Origin: an uncultured Paraprevotella sp.
GTDB lineage: Bacteria; Bacteroidota; Bacteroidia; Bacteroidales; Bacteroidaceae
Reading direction: 5' to 3'
DNA: 64,000 nucleotides
Assembly: GCA_964528135.1 (NCBI GenBank)
Contig: CAZGSE010000010.1
Coordinates: forward strand, 108-64,107
The notes under the pieces are model-generated. The model was not told the DNA's origin. It saw only the letters and a list, made by a program, of their open reading frames with translations, and did no database searches. The number at the start of each line of letters is the position of its first letter. Positions within the stretch are counted from its first letter, which is position 1. Positions 18,095-27,155 of this stretch are shown piece after piece. Both the position numbers and the translations under genes were made by a program.

Positions 18095-19345
18095 ATGAAA
18101 AGGATAATATGCAGGATAGGCTTTTGCCTATGGATGGGGCTTGGTGCGCCCTGTGTGTCTGCCCAAAACCGTGTCGATGTTGAGGCAGACCTGGACTACT
18201 GCCACCGTCAGGTGGAGCGTGCCCTGGCCGGATTGAAACAAGACGGCGGCTGGGATTATACCCGCATGCCGCGTAATATCCTGTCTTCCGACCTGGAGGC
18301 CGGCCGCACAGGATGGAACTGCCGCCCGGCGACACCCGAAGAGTGGTGCGGCGGTTTTTGGCCGGGCATCCTCTGGTATGACTATGAGTACAGCCGCGAT
18401 GCTTATATCGGCCGGCAGGCGCGCAATTACACTGCCTCGCTGGCCTACCTGGCCGACCGCGACCCTTACGACCACGATTTGGGTTTTCTGGTATATTGCA
18501 GTTTCGGCAACGGCATGCGCATCGAACCGGATGCGGCCTGTCGCGATGTCATCGTGGGCACGGCACGGCAGTTGGCCCGGCTTTTCAATCCCCGTGTGGG
18601 CACCATCCTGAGCTGGCCCCGTGAGGTGGAAAAACAAGGCTGGCCGCACAACACCATCATGGACAACATGATGAACCTGGAGATGCTCTTCTGGGCTTCG
18701 CGCAACGGTGGGGAGCCGGAACTGTACGACATAGCCGTGCGCCATGCCGAGACCACGATGGAAAACCATTTCCGTGCGGACGGCTCGTGCTACCACGTGG
18801 CCGTTTACGACACACTGACGGGCAAGTTCATCAAGGGGGTCACCCATCAGGGCTACTCCGATGGCTCGATGTGGGCGCGCGGACAGGCGTGGGCCATCTA
18901 TGGCTACACGATGGTTTACCGCGAGACCCGTGACCGCCGTTTCCTGGACTTCGCACAGAAAGTGGCTGATATTTACCTGAAACGCCTGCCGGAACGCACG
19001 GACGACTTCGTGCCCCTGTGGGATTTCGATGACCCTTCGCCCACGGCGCCCAAAGACGCTTCGGCGGCTTGTGTGGTGGCCTCCGCTTTGTTGGAACTGG
19101 GGGGCTATGTGGACGCGGAAAAGGGACGGCAGTACCGCCATGCGGCGGAAAACATGCTGGCTTCGCTTTCCGCCGGTTACCGGAGTGGCGGCCGCTGTGT
19201 GTCTTTTTTGTTGCATAGCACGGGGCACCATCCGGCAGGTAGTGAGATTGACGCGTCCATCATCTATGCCGATTATTACTATTATGAAGCATTGCTCCGC
19301 CTGCGGCGTTTGTATCATGGACGTCCTGTGCTGGGCAACGGTTGA
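18095..19345 (+). CDS. GH88 unsaturated glucuronyl hydrolase
   Basis: WCGGFWPGILW, DHDLGF, IMDNMMNL, WARGQAW, KDASAA, YADYYYYEAL; start set at MKRIICR. Confidence 0.9.
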   Translation: MKRIICRIGFCLWMGLGAPCVSAQNRVDVEADLDYCHRQVERALAGLKQDGGWDYTRMPRNILSSDLEAGRTGWNCRPATPEEWCGGFWPGILWYDYEYSRDAYIGRQARNYTASLAYLADRDPYDHDLGFLVYCSFGNGMRIEPDAACRDVIVGTARQLARLFNPRVGTILSWPREVEKQGWPHNTIMDNMMNLEMLFWASRNGGEPELYDIAVRHAETTMENHFRADGSCYHVAVYDTLTGKFIKGVTHQGYSDGSMWARGQAWAIYGYTMVYRETRDRRFLDFAQKVADIYLKRLPERTDDFVPLWDFDDPSPTAPKDASAACVVASALLELGGYVDAEKGRQYRHAAENMLASLSAGYRSGGRCVSFLLHSTGHHPAGSEIDASIIYADYYYYEALLRLRRLYHGRPVLGNG

Positions 19346-19355
19346 CACCGGATTG

Positions 19356-19404
19356 AGGGAGGCGGCGCATACGGTTGGCAGGTAACCGTGTGCGCCGCCT
19401 CCCT
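19356..19404. terminator. Long GC-rich hairpin after GH88 (terminator-like)
   Basis: AGGGAGGCGGCGCATACGGTT / AACCGTGTGCGCCGCCTCCCT 21-bp stem with one G-T pair; no T tract. Confidence 0.5.
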
Positions 19405-19501
19405 GTTGCATGTCCGTGCCCGGATGATTCCCCGGAGCCGTGGCATCCGTTTTTTTAGGCACATATCGTCCATGTCTTTTGGGAGAAACTGCGGGTTTTC
19501 G

Positions 19502-19509
19502 TATCTTTG
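19502..19509 (+). promoter_or_regulatory. -7 promoter element (TATCTTTG) for miaA
   Basis: TAnnTTTG match upstream of ATG 19561. Confidence 0.6.
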
Positions 19510-19560
19510 CTCGTAGGGCACAAAGAAAAAAAGAATCGCTTCAGTTAAGTGGCAGTGTTT

Positions 19561-20478
19561 ATGGAATACGACATGATTACGGTATTGGGGCCTACGGCAT
19601 CGGGGAAGACCTCGCTGGCGGTGGCGTTGGCCCATGAGTTGGGTACGGAAATCATCAGCGGTGACAGCCGCCAGGTGTATCGCCGGATGGATTTGGGGAC
19701 GGGGAAAGACCTAGCGGATTATGTGGTGGAGGGAACCGCTGTTCCTTATCATCTGATTGACATCGTAGAACCGGGGACAAAGTACAACGTGTTCGAGTAC
19801 CAGCGTGATTTCCTGGCCGTGTATCAGGAGATGCGCGGCCGTGGTCTGCTGCCTGTGCTTTGCGGTGGCACGGGGATGTACATGGAAGCGGTGCTTCGCG
19901 GCTATGGCTTGCGTCCTGTCCCGGAGAATCCCGCTTTGCGTGCCGCCCTGTCCGGCAAGTCCCTGCCGGAACTGACAGAAATACTGAAAGGATACAAGCG
20001 GTTGCATAACACGACGGATGTGGATACGGTGAAACGTGCCGTGCGTGCCATAGAGATAGAAGAGTTTTGCCGTGCCCATCCGGTGGAAGAACCGGCTTTC
20101 CCGCAGATCCGTTCTCTGGTGGTCGGCATCCGCATCGACCGCGAATTACGCCGCCGGCGAATCAGCGAACGGCTGGAACGGCGGCTGGAGGAGGGAATGG
20201 CGAACGAGGTGAGGGGGCTGCTGCAAGAGGGGATTCCTGCCGAGAACCTGATATATTATGGTCTGGAATACAAGTATCTGACCTTGTATGTTACGGGCAG
20301 GATGGGATATGACGAGATGTTCCACCGGTTGGAAGTGGCTATCCACCAGTTTGCCAAGCGGCAGATGACCTGGTTCCGCGGCATGGAGCGGAGGGGGATT
20401 CCCATCCGTTGGCTGGATGCTTTGCTGCCGCAACAGGAAAAAGTAAGGCAGGTGAAACTTTGGCTCTCCGGACAATAA
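19561..20478 (+). CDS. miaA: tRNA dimethylallyltransferase
   Basis: GPTASGKT, SGDSRQVY..MDLGTGK, HLID, CGGTGMY, FAKRQMTWFR. Confidence 0.95.
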   Translation: MEYDMITVLGPTASGKTSLAVALAHELGTEIISGDSRQVYRRMDLGTGKDLADYVVEGTAVPYHLIDIVEPGTKYNVFEYQRDFLAVYQEMRGRGLLPVLCGGTGMYMEAVLRGYGLRPVPENPALRAALSGKSLPELTEILKGYKRLHNTTDVDTVKRAVRAIEIEEFCRAHPVEEPAFPQIRSLVVGIRIDRELRRRRISERLERRLEEGMANEVRGLLQEGIPAENLIYYGLEYKYLTLYVTGRMGYDEMFHRLEVAIHQFAKRQMTWFRGMERRGIPIRWLDALLPQQEKVRQVKLWLSGQ

Positions 20479-20549
20479 TATTGCGGAAGGTTGTGCACAG
20501 ACTGGATTGTTTTGTGTATATTTGTGTGTTTGTTTAACGTTTCTGTTTT

Positions 20550-21476
20550 ATGGAACCATCAAGATGGGGTATCATATACTGTCCGAAAGACGGTGTCCGC
20601 CATATACACAAGGAATGGGAAGCCATACGTTCCTATCTGGCGGAGAAAGAGGTATTGTACGACTTTGTGCAGAGCGAGGGGCCGAAGTCGGTGGAACGTC
20701 TGGCCGGCATGCTGGCAGCCAACGGTTACCGTACGATAATCGTCGTGGGGGGGGATGCCGCTTTGAACCGTGCCTTGAATGGAATCCTGTCGCAGGGTGA
20801 GGACGTGCGCCACCGGGTGGCACTGGGGGTGATACCCAATGGATGGGGGAATGATTTCGCACATTTCTGGGGTTTTGAGGAAGACAACTACAAACAAACG
20901 ATAGACTGGCTCGTGGCGCGGCGTGTCCGCAAGGTGGACGTGGGCTACTGCCTGCCCGGAAAACCGCAAGGTGGTGCGCCCCGTTATTTCTTGAATTGCG
21001 TCAATGTGGGGCTGGTGGCCAACATCATGAACATAAAACATAAAACGAGGCGTTTTTGGGGAATGCTGACCTTGTCCCATCTGGCTTCGATGTTTCTCCT
21101 GCTGTTCCAGCGCATGGAACATAAGATGCACTTTAAGGTGAACCTGGATGATATTGAAAAAAGTGTGATGACGGTATGTGTGAGCAGCGCCAGGGGATAT
21201 GGGCAGACGCCGAGCGGAGTGCCTTACAATGGGTTGTTGGATGTGTCCGTGGTATATCACCCGGAAATGGGGCAGATGGTAGAGGCCTTGTGGATGTTAT
21301 TCCGCGGGCGTTTCCTGAACCATAAGGCCGTGAAGTCCTACCGGACGAAAAAAGTGGATTTCTATGACAGCGGGAAAGCGATGGTCAGCCTCGACGGTGC
21401 GGTGTGGGACGGTGCTGCGGCCCCGATGCGGATCGGCATCCATCAGGAATGGCTGGATTTCATCATCCCGGCCTGA
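20550..21476 (+). CDS. Diacylglycerol kinase family (YegS-like) lipid kinase
   Basis: VVGGDAALN, GVIPNGWGNDFA, YFLNCVNVG; -7 element TATATTTG at 20517-20524. Confidence 0.85.
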   Translation: MEPSRWGIIYCPKDGVRHIHKEWEAIRSYLAEKEVLYDFVQSEGPKSVERLAGMLAANGYRTIIVVGGDAALNRALNGILSQGEDVRHRVALGVIPNGWGNDFAHFWGFEEDNYKQTIDWLVARRVRKVDVGYCLPGKPQGGAPRYFLNCVNVGLVANIMNIKHKTRRFWGMLTLSHLASMFLLLFQRMEHKMHFKVNLDDIEKSVMTVCVSSARGYGQTPSGVPYNGLLDVSVVYHPEMGQMVEALWMLFRGRFLNHKAVKSYRTKKVDFYDSGKAMVSLDGAVWDGAAAPMRIGIHQEWLDFIIPA

Positions 21477-21497
21477 TGTGCAGGCCGTAGCCCGTGT

Positions 21498-22199
21498 TTA
21501 TCCTATCTTGGAGATTTTTTCCAGCTTGTCCTCTGCTATGATTTTTATCTTCCGCCCGTCTATGGCTATGATTTTTTCGGCCGCGAAGTTTGAAAGGGTC
21601 CGGATGGCGTTTGAGGTGGTCATGTTCGACAAGTTGGCCAAGTCCTCCCTCGACAGGTAGATGCTGAGCGTGCACCCGTCTTCTTCCACGCCATAACTCT
21701 CTTTCAGGAAGAGGAGGGATTCGGCTAACCTTCCCCGTATGTGTTTCTGGGTCAGATTGACGGTCCTTTCGTCCGCGATACCCAGATCCACAGACAGTTG
21801 TTTGATGAAGAACCATGCCAGGTCGTTGTTTTCGCTCACCAGGCGGGAGATGGTGCTCATGGGTATCATCCCGATGGTCGATGTTTCGAAAGCAGCAGCA
21901 GCGGTCACGTATTCCTGATGGGCAAAGTAGGCACGGTAGGCGAAATATTCCACGGGCTTGATGACCCGTATGATTTGGTTACGGCCTCCCACACCGTTCT
22001 TGAAAATCTTGACTTTTCCGGAAAACAGGCACATCAATTGGGTCGGAAAATCCCCCTCACTGTAGATAGGTTCGTTCTTCTTGAACGTATGTATTGTGAG
22101 GTTCTTTGTCAATTGTTCGCGTTGCTCCGCGGAAAGAGGATTCCATAAGTCAGAGATCTTTTCCAGAATCTCTTCTTTATCTGCTTCCTTTCTGACCAT
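21498..22199 (-). CDS. Crp/Fnr family transcriptional regulator
   Basis: cNMP-binding domain (IYSEGD..SGKVKIFK) plus HTH (LSREDLANLSNMTTSNAIRTLS). Confidence 0.92.
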   Translation of the reverse strand: MVRKEADKEEILEKISDLWNPLSAEQREQLTKNLTIHTFKKNEPIYSEGDFPTQLMCLFSGKVKIFKNGVGGRNQIIRVIKPVEYFAYRAYFAHQEYVTAAAAFETSTIGMIPMSTISRLVSENNDLAWFFIKQLSVDLGIADERTVNLTQKHIRGRLAESLLFLKESYGVEEDGCTLSIYLSREDLANLSNMTTSNAIRTLSNFAAEKIIAIDGRKIKIIAEDKLEKISKIG

Positions 22200-22216
22200 A
22201 AATTCAAAGTATGTCG

Positions 22217-22369
22217 CAAAATTATGTTTTACGACACAAAATTACTAAATCTGGGTTAATCCGGGTAATGTTCGGGTTACAAAAAACATATTCTATAGCA
22301 TATTTTTATTTTTCTTGAAAAATATGTTATTGATTTATTTCGTCAGTAATTTGTTTTTTGTTAATTTTG
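22217..22369. promoter_or_regulatory. Divergent promoter region for crp and the glycogen operon
   Basis: TAATTTTG on minus at 22217-22224 and 22237-22244, and on plus at 22362-22369. Confidence 0.55.
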
Positions 22370-22439
22370 GGTGGAATAAAGACAAAGAAAAAAAATAAAA
22401 CAGAGAGAATAATAACCTTTAATATTGAGTTTCTAGACT

Positions 22440-24389
22440 ATGAGTTACATTCATTTTGATAAGATTTTGATGACTAACTTAGAGGAGGCTTTGCAGAAAG
22501 AAATTCTACGGTCTAATCGTTCCGGGGCTTATTCCTGTTCTACCATTGTGGACTGTAACACGCGGAAATACCATGGTTTGCTGGTCGTTCCCATACCGGA
22601 ACTCGGAGATGAGAATTACGTTCTGCTGTCTTCTCTGGATGAAACGGTGGTGCAATACGGGGCAGAATTCAATTTGGGCTTGCACAAATATCAGGGAAAT
22701 AAATTCAGTCCTAACGGCCACAAGTACATTCGTGAGTTTAATTGTGACCAAGTGCCGACGACAATTTACCGCGTGGGTGGGGTGATCCTGAAAAAAGAGA
22801 AAGTCTTTCAACACTATGAAAACCGTATCATTATCCGTTATACTTTGTTGGATGCCCATTCTGAAACGATACTGAGGCTCCGCCCTTTCCTGGCTTTCCG
22901 TTGCGTGCGGGAGTACACGTATGAGAATGCACGGGTGAACCGCGATTATCAGGAGGTCTCCAATGGTATTAAGACCTGCATGTATGACGGTTATCCGGAA
23001 CTGTATATGCAGCTGAACAAAAAGAATAATTTCGTGTTCCAGCCGGACTGGTACCGTGGGGTGGAGTATCCCAAAGAACAGGAGCGGGGATATGCTTTCA
23101 ATGAAGACCTGTATGTGCCGGGTTATTTTGAGCTAAAGATAAAAAAAGGGGAGAGCGTGGTGTTTTCGGCCGGCCTGTCGGAAATCAAGACCAGCCAGCT
23201 GAAACAGATGGCCGATTTTGAAGTGAATATCCGTACGCCGCGCAACAATTTCTACCATTGTCTGGTGAATTCAGCCCATCAGTTCTATTATCATGTGGAT
23301 GGCGAGAACTATATTCTGGCCGGATATCCTTGGTTCAAATGCCGTGCCCGCGACATGCTGATAGCCTTGCCGGGGCTGACGCTGGCCAATGAGGAGGTGG
23401 AGCAGTTTGAACTGTGTATGAAGACGATGGAGAAAGGTCTGCGGCAGTTCATGTCGGGGGAAGCGTTGACCGTAAAGATTCATGAAATGGAACAGCCGGA
23501 CGTGCTGTTGTGGGCGGTAAGCTGCATACAGCAGTATGCCAAGAATGTGTCCATGCAGGCTTGTGTGGAGAAGTACGGACTTTTGGTGAATGACATCATG
23601 TCCTATTTGAGTTCCGGTTCCCATCCTAACCTAAAGGTGAAGGAGAACGGTTTGGTCTATGCCGAGGGTAAGACCAAAGCCATAACCTGGATGAACTCCA
23701 CAGCCAACGGGCGGCCGATTGTGCCCCGGAGCGGCTATATCGTTGAATTTAATGCCTTATGGTACAATGCTCTGAAGTTCTGCGAAGAAATCTGTCACTG
23801 GACCGGTAGCAAGGCGGACGAAGAGAACTTCGGTGCAATGGCCCTCAAGGCCGGGGAGGCTTTCAGGGAGGTGTTCCTGAACCAATATGGCTATCTGTAT
23901 GACTATGTGGATGAAACGAACGATGCTCCCGACTGGAGCGTACGCCCGAATATGATTTTTGCCGTAGCCTTGGAATACTCTCCGTTGGGCCTGTCTGAAA
24001 GGAAGCAAGTCTTTGACATCTGCACCAAGGAATTGCTCACGCCGAAAGGCTTGCGTTCACTCAGCCCCAAGAGCGGCGGTTACAATCCCATGTATGTCGG
24101 CCCGCAGATCCAGCGCGACTATGCCTACCATCAGGGCACGGCCTGGCCTTGGTTGGCGGGATTCTACATGGAGGCTTGCCTGCGCCTGTACAAGCAGAGC
24201 CGTGTGACGTTCATCGAGCGTGTGCTCGTGGGGTTTGAGGAAGAAATGTTCTCGCATTGTGTGGGGACTATTCCGGAGATGTTCGACGGCAACCCGCCGT
24301 TCCACGCCCGTGGTGCCATCTCCTTTGCCGTCAATGTTGCGGAGATATTGCGTGTCGTGAAGTTAATAGAAAAATATACCATACAATAA
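22440..24389 (+). CDS. Glycogen debranching enzyme (amylo-alpha-1,6-glucosidase, archaeal-type)
   Basis: NTRKYHGLLV, LAGYPWF..RARD, ITWMN, RPNMIFA, YHQGTAWPWL. Confidence 0.9.
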   Translation: MSYIHFDKILMTNLEEALQKEILRSNRSGAYSCSTIVDCNTRKYHGLLVVPIPELGDENYVLLSSLDETVVQYGAEFNLGLHKYQGNKFSPNGHKYIREFNCDQVPTTIYRVGGVILKKEKVFQHYENRIIIRYTLLDAHSETILRLRPFLAFRCVREYTYENARVNRDYQEVSNGIKTCMYDGYPELYMQLNKKNNFVFQPDWYRGVEYPKEQERGYAFNEDLYVPGYFELKIKKGESVVFSAGLSEIKTSQLKQMADFEVNIRTPRNNFYHCLVNSAHQFYYHVDGENYILAGYPWFKCRARDMLIALPGLTLANEEVEQFELCMKTMEKGLRQFMSGEALTVKIHEMEQPDVLLWAVSCIQQYAKNVSMQACVEKYGLLVNDIMSYLSSGSHPNLKVKENGLVYAEGKTKAITWMNSTANGRPIVPRSGYIVEFNALWYNALKFCEEICHWTGSKADEENFGAMALKAGEAFREVFLNQYGYLYDYVDETNDAPDWSVRPNMIFAVALEYSPLGLSERKQVFDICTKELLTPKGLRSLSPKSGGYNPMYVGPQIQRDYAYHQGTAWPWLAGFYMEACLRLYKQSRVTFIERVLVGFEEEMFSHCVGTIPEMFDGNPPFHARGAISFAVNVAEILRVVKLIEKYTIQ

Positions 24390-24407
24390 AAATAAGGGGA
24401 ACCGGAT

Positions 24408-25691
24408 ATGAAAGTGTTAATGTTTGGATGGGAGTTTCCTCCTCATATTCTTGGAGGACTCGGAACCGCCAGCTATGGTTTGACCAAAGGACTTTCCCTG
24501 CAACCGGACATGGAGATTACCTTTTGCCTGCCCAAACCGTGGGGGGACGAGGATCAAAGTTTCATGCGTATCATCGGGATGAACAACGTGCCAATCGTGT
24601 GGCGGGATGTGGACTGGAATTATGTGAATAGCCGTGTGGGGAGTTACATGGATCCCCAGTTGTATTTCGATTTGCGCAATCACATTTATGCAGATTTCTC
24701 ATACAGGTTTGTGAACGACTTGGGATGTATCGAGTTTTCCGGTCGTTATCCGGACAACCTGCATGAGGAAATCAACAACTATTCCATTGTGGCCGGAGTT
24801 GTGGCCCGGCAGCAGCAATTTGACATTATACATGCGCACGACTGGCTGACCTATCCGGCCGGCATACATGCCAAGCAAATCAGCGGGAAGCCTTTGGTGA
24901 TTCATGTGCATGCCACGGATTTCGATCGCAGCCGCGGGAATGTCAATCCCACGGTGTACGGCATAGAGAAGGACGGGATGGACCATGCCGACTGCATCAT
25001 GTGTGTGAGCGAACTGACGCGGCAGACGGTCATCAACCATTATCATCAGAATCCGGCCAAATGCTTTGCCATGCACAATGCCGTTTATCCCTTGCCTCCC
25101 GAACTTCAAGCCATTGTGGACCAACGCAAGCCAAGCAGCGAGCGCAAGGAAAAGGTGGTGACGTTTTTGGGACGTATCACGATGCAGAAAGGGCCGGAGT
25201 ACTTCATAGAAGCCGCCAAGCGTGTGCTGGACAGGACGCGGAACGTGCGTTTCTGTTTTGCGGGGAGCGGAGACATGATGAATTCCATGATAGAGATGGC
25301 CGCTGCCTACGGCATTGCCGACCGTTGCCATTTTCCGGGATTCATGAAAGGCAAGCAGGTGTTTGAATGTTTCCGTGACAGTGATGTTTATGTGATGCCC
25401 TCGGTTTCAGAACCTTTCGGCATTTCACCGCTGGAGGCCATGCAGAGCGGCGTGCCTTCCATTATCAGCAAGCAGTCCGGTTGTGGGGAGATTCTCACCA
25501 AGTGCATCAAGGTTGACTATTGGGACATCGACGCCATGTCTGACGCCATGTATGCCCTGTGCATGTATCCCTCGCTGCACGACTATCTCCAAAAGGAAGG
25601 AAAGAAAGAGGTGGACGGCATCACATGGGAGAAAGTGGGCCAGCGCATCCGAAGGCTTTATGATGAGACAATCCAGAAGTGTAAATCATAA
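24408..25691 (+). CDS. GT4 glycosyltransferase (candidate glycogen synthase)
   Basis: GWEFPPHILGGLG, HAHDWLT, FLGRITMQKGPEYF, SEPFGISPLEAM. Confidence 0.9.
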   Translation: MKVLMFGWEFPPHILGGLGTASYGLTKGLSLQPDMEITFCLPKPWGDEDQSFMRIIGMNNVPIVWRDVDWNYVNSRVGSYMDPQLYFDLRNHIYADFSYRFVNDLGCIEFSGRYPDNLHEEINNYSIVAGVVARQQQFDIIHAHDWLTYPAGIHAKQISGKPLVIHVHATDFDRSRGNVNPTVYGIEKDGMDHADCIMCVSELTRQTVINHYHQNPAKCFAMHNAVYPLPPELQAIVDQRKPSSERKEKVVTFLGRITMQKGPEYFIEAAKRVLDRTRNVRFCFAGSGDMMNSMIEMAAAYGIADRCHFPGFMKGKQVFECFRDSDVYVMPSVSEPFGISPLEAMQSGVPSIISKQSGCGEILTKCIKVDYWDIDAMSDAMYALCMYPSLHDYLQKEGKKEVDGITWEKVGQRIRRLYDETIQKCKS

Positions 25692-25698
25692 AAATAAC

Positions 25699-27057
25699 AT
25701 GAAAAATATGAAAACCATTTGCCTGTATTTTGAGATTCACCAGAACATACATTTGAAACGCTATCGTTTCTTTGACATCGGTACGGATCACTATTACTAT
25801 GATGATTATGAGAACGAGCGGAGCATTACGGACACGGTGGAGAGGTCTTATCTGCCGACACTTCGCACTTTGCTCCAGATGATACGGGAGAATCCCGGTT
25901 TCTTCAAGGTTGCCTTCTCCATTTCCGGTTGTGCCATCGAGTTGCTGGAAAACTATGCCCCAGCGGTTATCGAACTCCTGCAGGAACTGAACGATACCGG
26001 CCAGGTGGAGTTCCTGGCAGAGCCTTATTCCCATGGCTTGTCTTCGCTGGCCAATGAAGAGTCGTTCAAGGAAGAGACGTTCCGGATGGCCCGCAAGGTG
26101 AAGGAACTTTTCGGAAAGCAGCCCCAGGTGTTCCGCAATTCGTCCCTGATTTATTCCGACGACATCGGCAGCACGGTGGCGTCCATGGGATTCAAGGGCA
26201 TACTGACGGAAGGGGCGCGGCACATCTTGGGTTGGAAAAGTCCGCACTTCGTCTATCACTGCGTGCAGAATCCCAACCTGAAGGTGCTGTTGCGCGACTA
26301 TAAGTTGTCGGACGACATATCCCTGCGTTTCAGCAATTCCACGTGGAACGAATATCCGTTGTTTGCGGATACGTACATAAACTGGATTGCTTCTGTTCCA
26401 GAAGAGGAGCAGGTAATCAACATTTTCATGGAGCTGTGTGCTCTGGGAATGTTCCAACCCCTGTCTTCCAACATCCTGGATTTCCTCAGGGCATTGCCGG
26501 GATATGCCCGCCAGAGCGGCATCTCGTTTTCCACGCCTTCTGAGGTTATCGACAATTATAAGTCGGTAGATTCGCTGAATGTGCCTTATCCGTTGTCGTG
26601 GACAGACGAGGAAAGGGACATCAGTTGCTGGCTGGGCAACGACATGCAGCGCGAGGCTTTCAACAAGCTCTACAGTGTGGCCGACCGTGTGCGTATCTGT
26701 ACAGACAGCAGGATCAAGCAGGACTGGGACTACCTGCAGGCCAGCAACAACTTCCGTTTCATGACCACGAAGGCCGGCAGCTGGAATATGTACCGCGGTA
26801 TCTATGATTCCCCCTATGATGCTTTCACCAACTACATGAACATCCTGGGCGACTTCATCAACAGGGTGAACAGCATGTATCCCAGCGATGTGGATAACGA
26901 TGAGCTGAACGCCCTGCTCACCCTGATTAAAAACCAGAATGAGGAGCTGGAGGTGAAGGATAAAGAGATTGCCCGTCTGACCACCCGCCTGAAGAAACTG
27001 ACCCCGGATGGTGAAGCCAAGGCGGCAACACCCCGCGGTGCGTCCAAGAAACGGTAA
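25699..27057 (+). CDS. GH57 alpha-amylase-like protein with substituted catalytic residues
   Basis: YFEIHQ, FRNSSLIY, FMELCALG, SWTDEERDISCWLGN; coiled-coil C tail. Confidence 0.85.
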   Translation: MKNMKTICLYFEIHQNIHLKRYRFFDIGTDHYYYDDYENERSITDTVERSYLPTLRTLLQMIRENPGFFKVAFSISGCAIELLENYAPAVIELLQELNDTGQVEFLAEPYSHGLSSLANEESFKEETFRMARKVKELFGKQPQVFRNSSLIYSDDIGSTVASMGFKGILTEGARHILGWKSPHFVYHCVQNPNLKVLLRDYKLSDDISLRFSNSTWNEYPLFADTYINWIASVPEEEQVINIFMELCALGMFQPLSSNILDFLRALPGYARQSGISFSTPSEVIDNYKSVDSLNVPYPLSWTDEERDISCWLGNDMQREAFNKLYSVADRVRICTDSRIKQDWDYLQASNNFRFMTTKAGSWNMYRGIYDSPYDAFTNYMNILGDFINRVNSMYPSDVDNDELNALLTLIKNQNEELEVKDKEIARLTTRLKKLTPDGEAKAATPRGASKKR

Positions 27058-27083
27058 GTACGCGTTTGTGGAGGACTTGCATA

Positions 27084-27127
27084 AAAGATAACGGCTTCCT
27101 GCCTGCGGGCGGGGAGCCGTTATCTTT
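27084..27127. terminator. Bidirectional terminator between convergent GH57 and DUF4270-like genes
   Basis: AAAGATAACGGCTTCC / GGAGCCGTTATCTTT stem. Confidence 0.7.
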
Positions 27128-27155
27128 ATCGTATGGAGCGCGGGCAACCGCGTCC

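Noticed and set aside
22236-22354. Possible invertible segment between crp and the glycogen operon (ACAAAATTACT / AGTAATTTGT)
   Set aside because: Short, imperfect and explained by two divergent TAATTT(T)G promoter-like elements in AT-rich DNA
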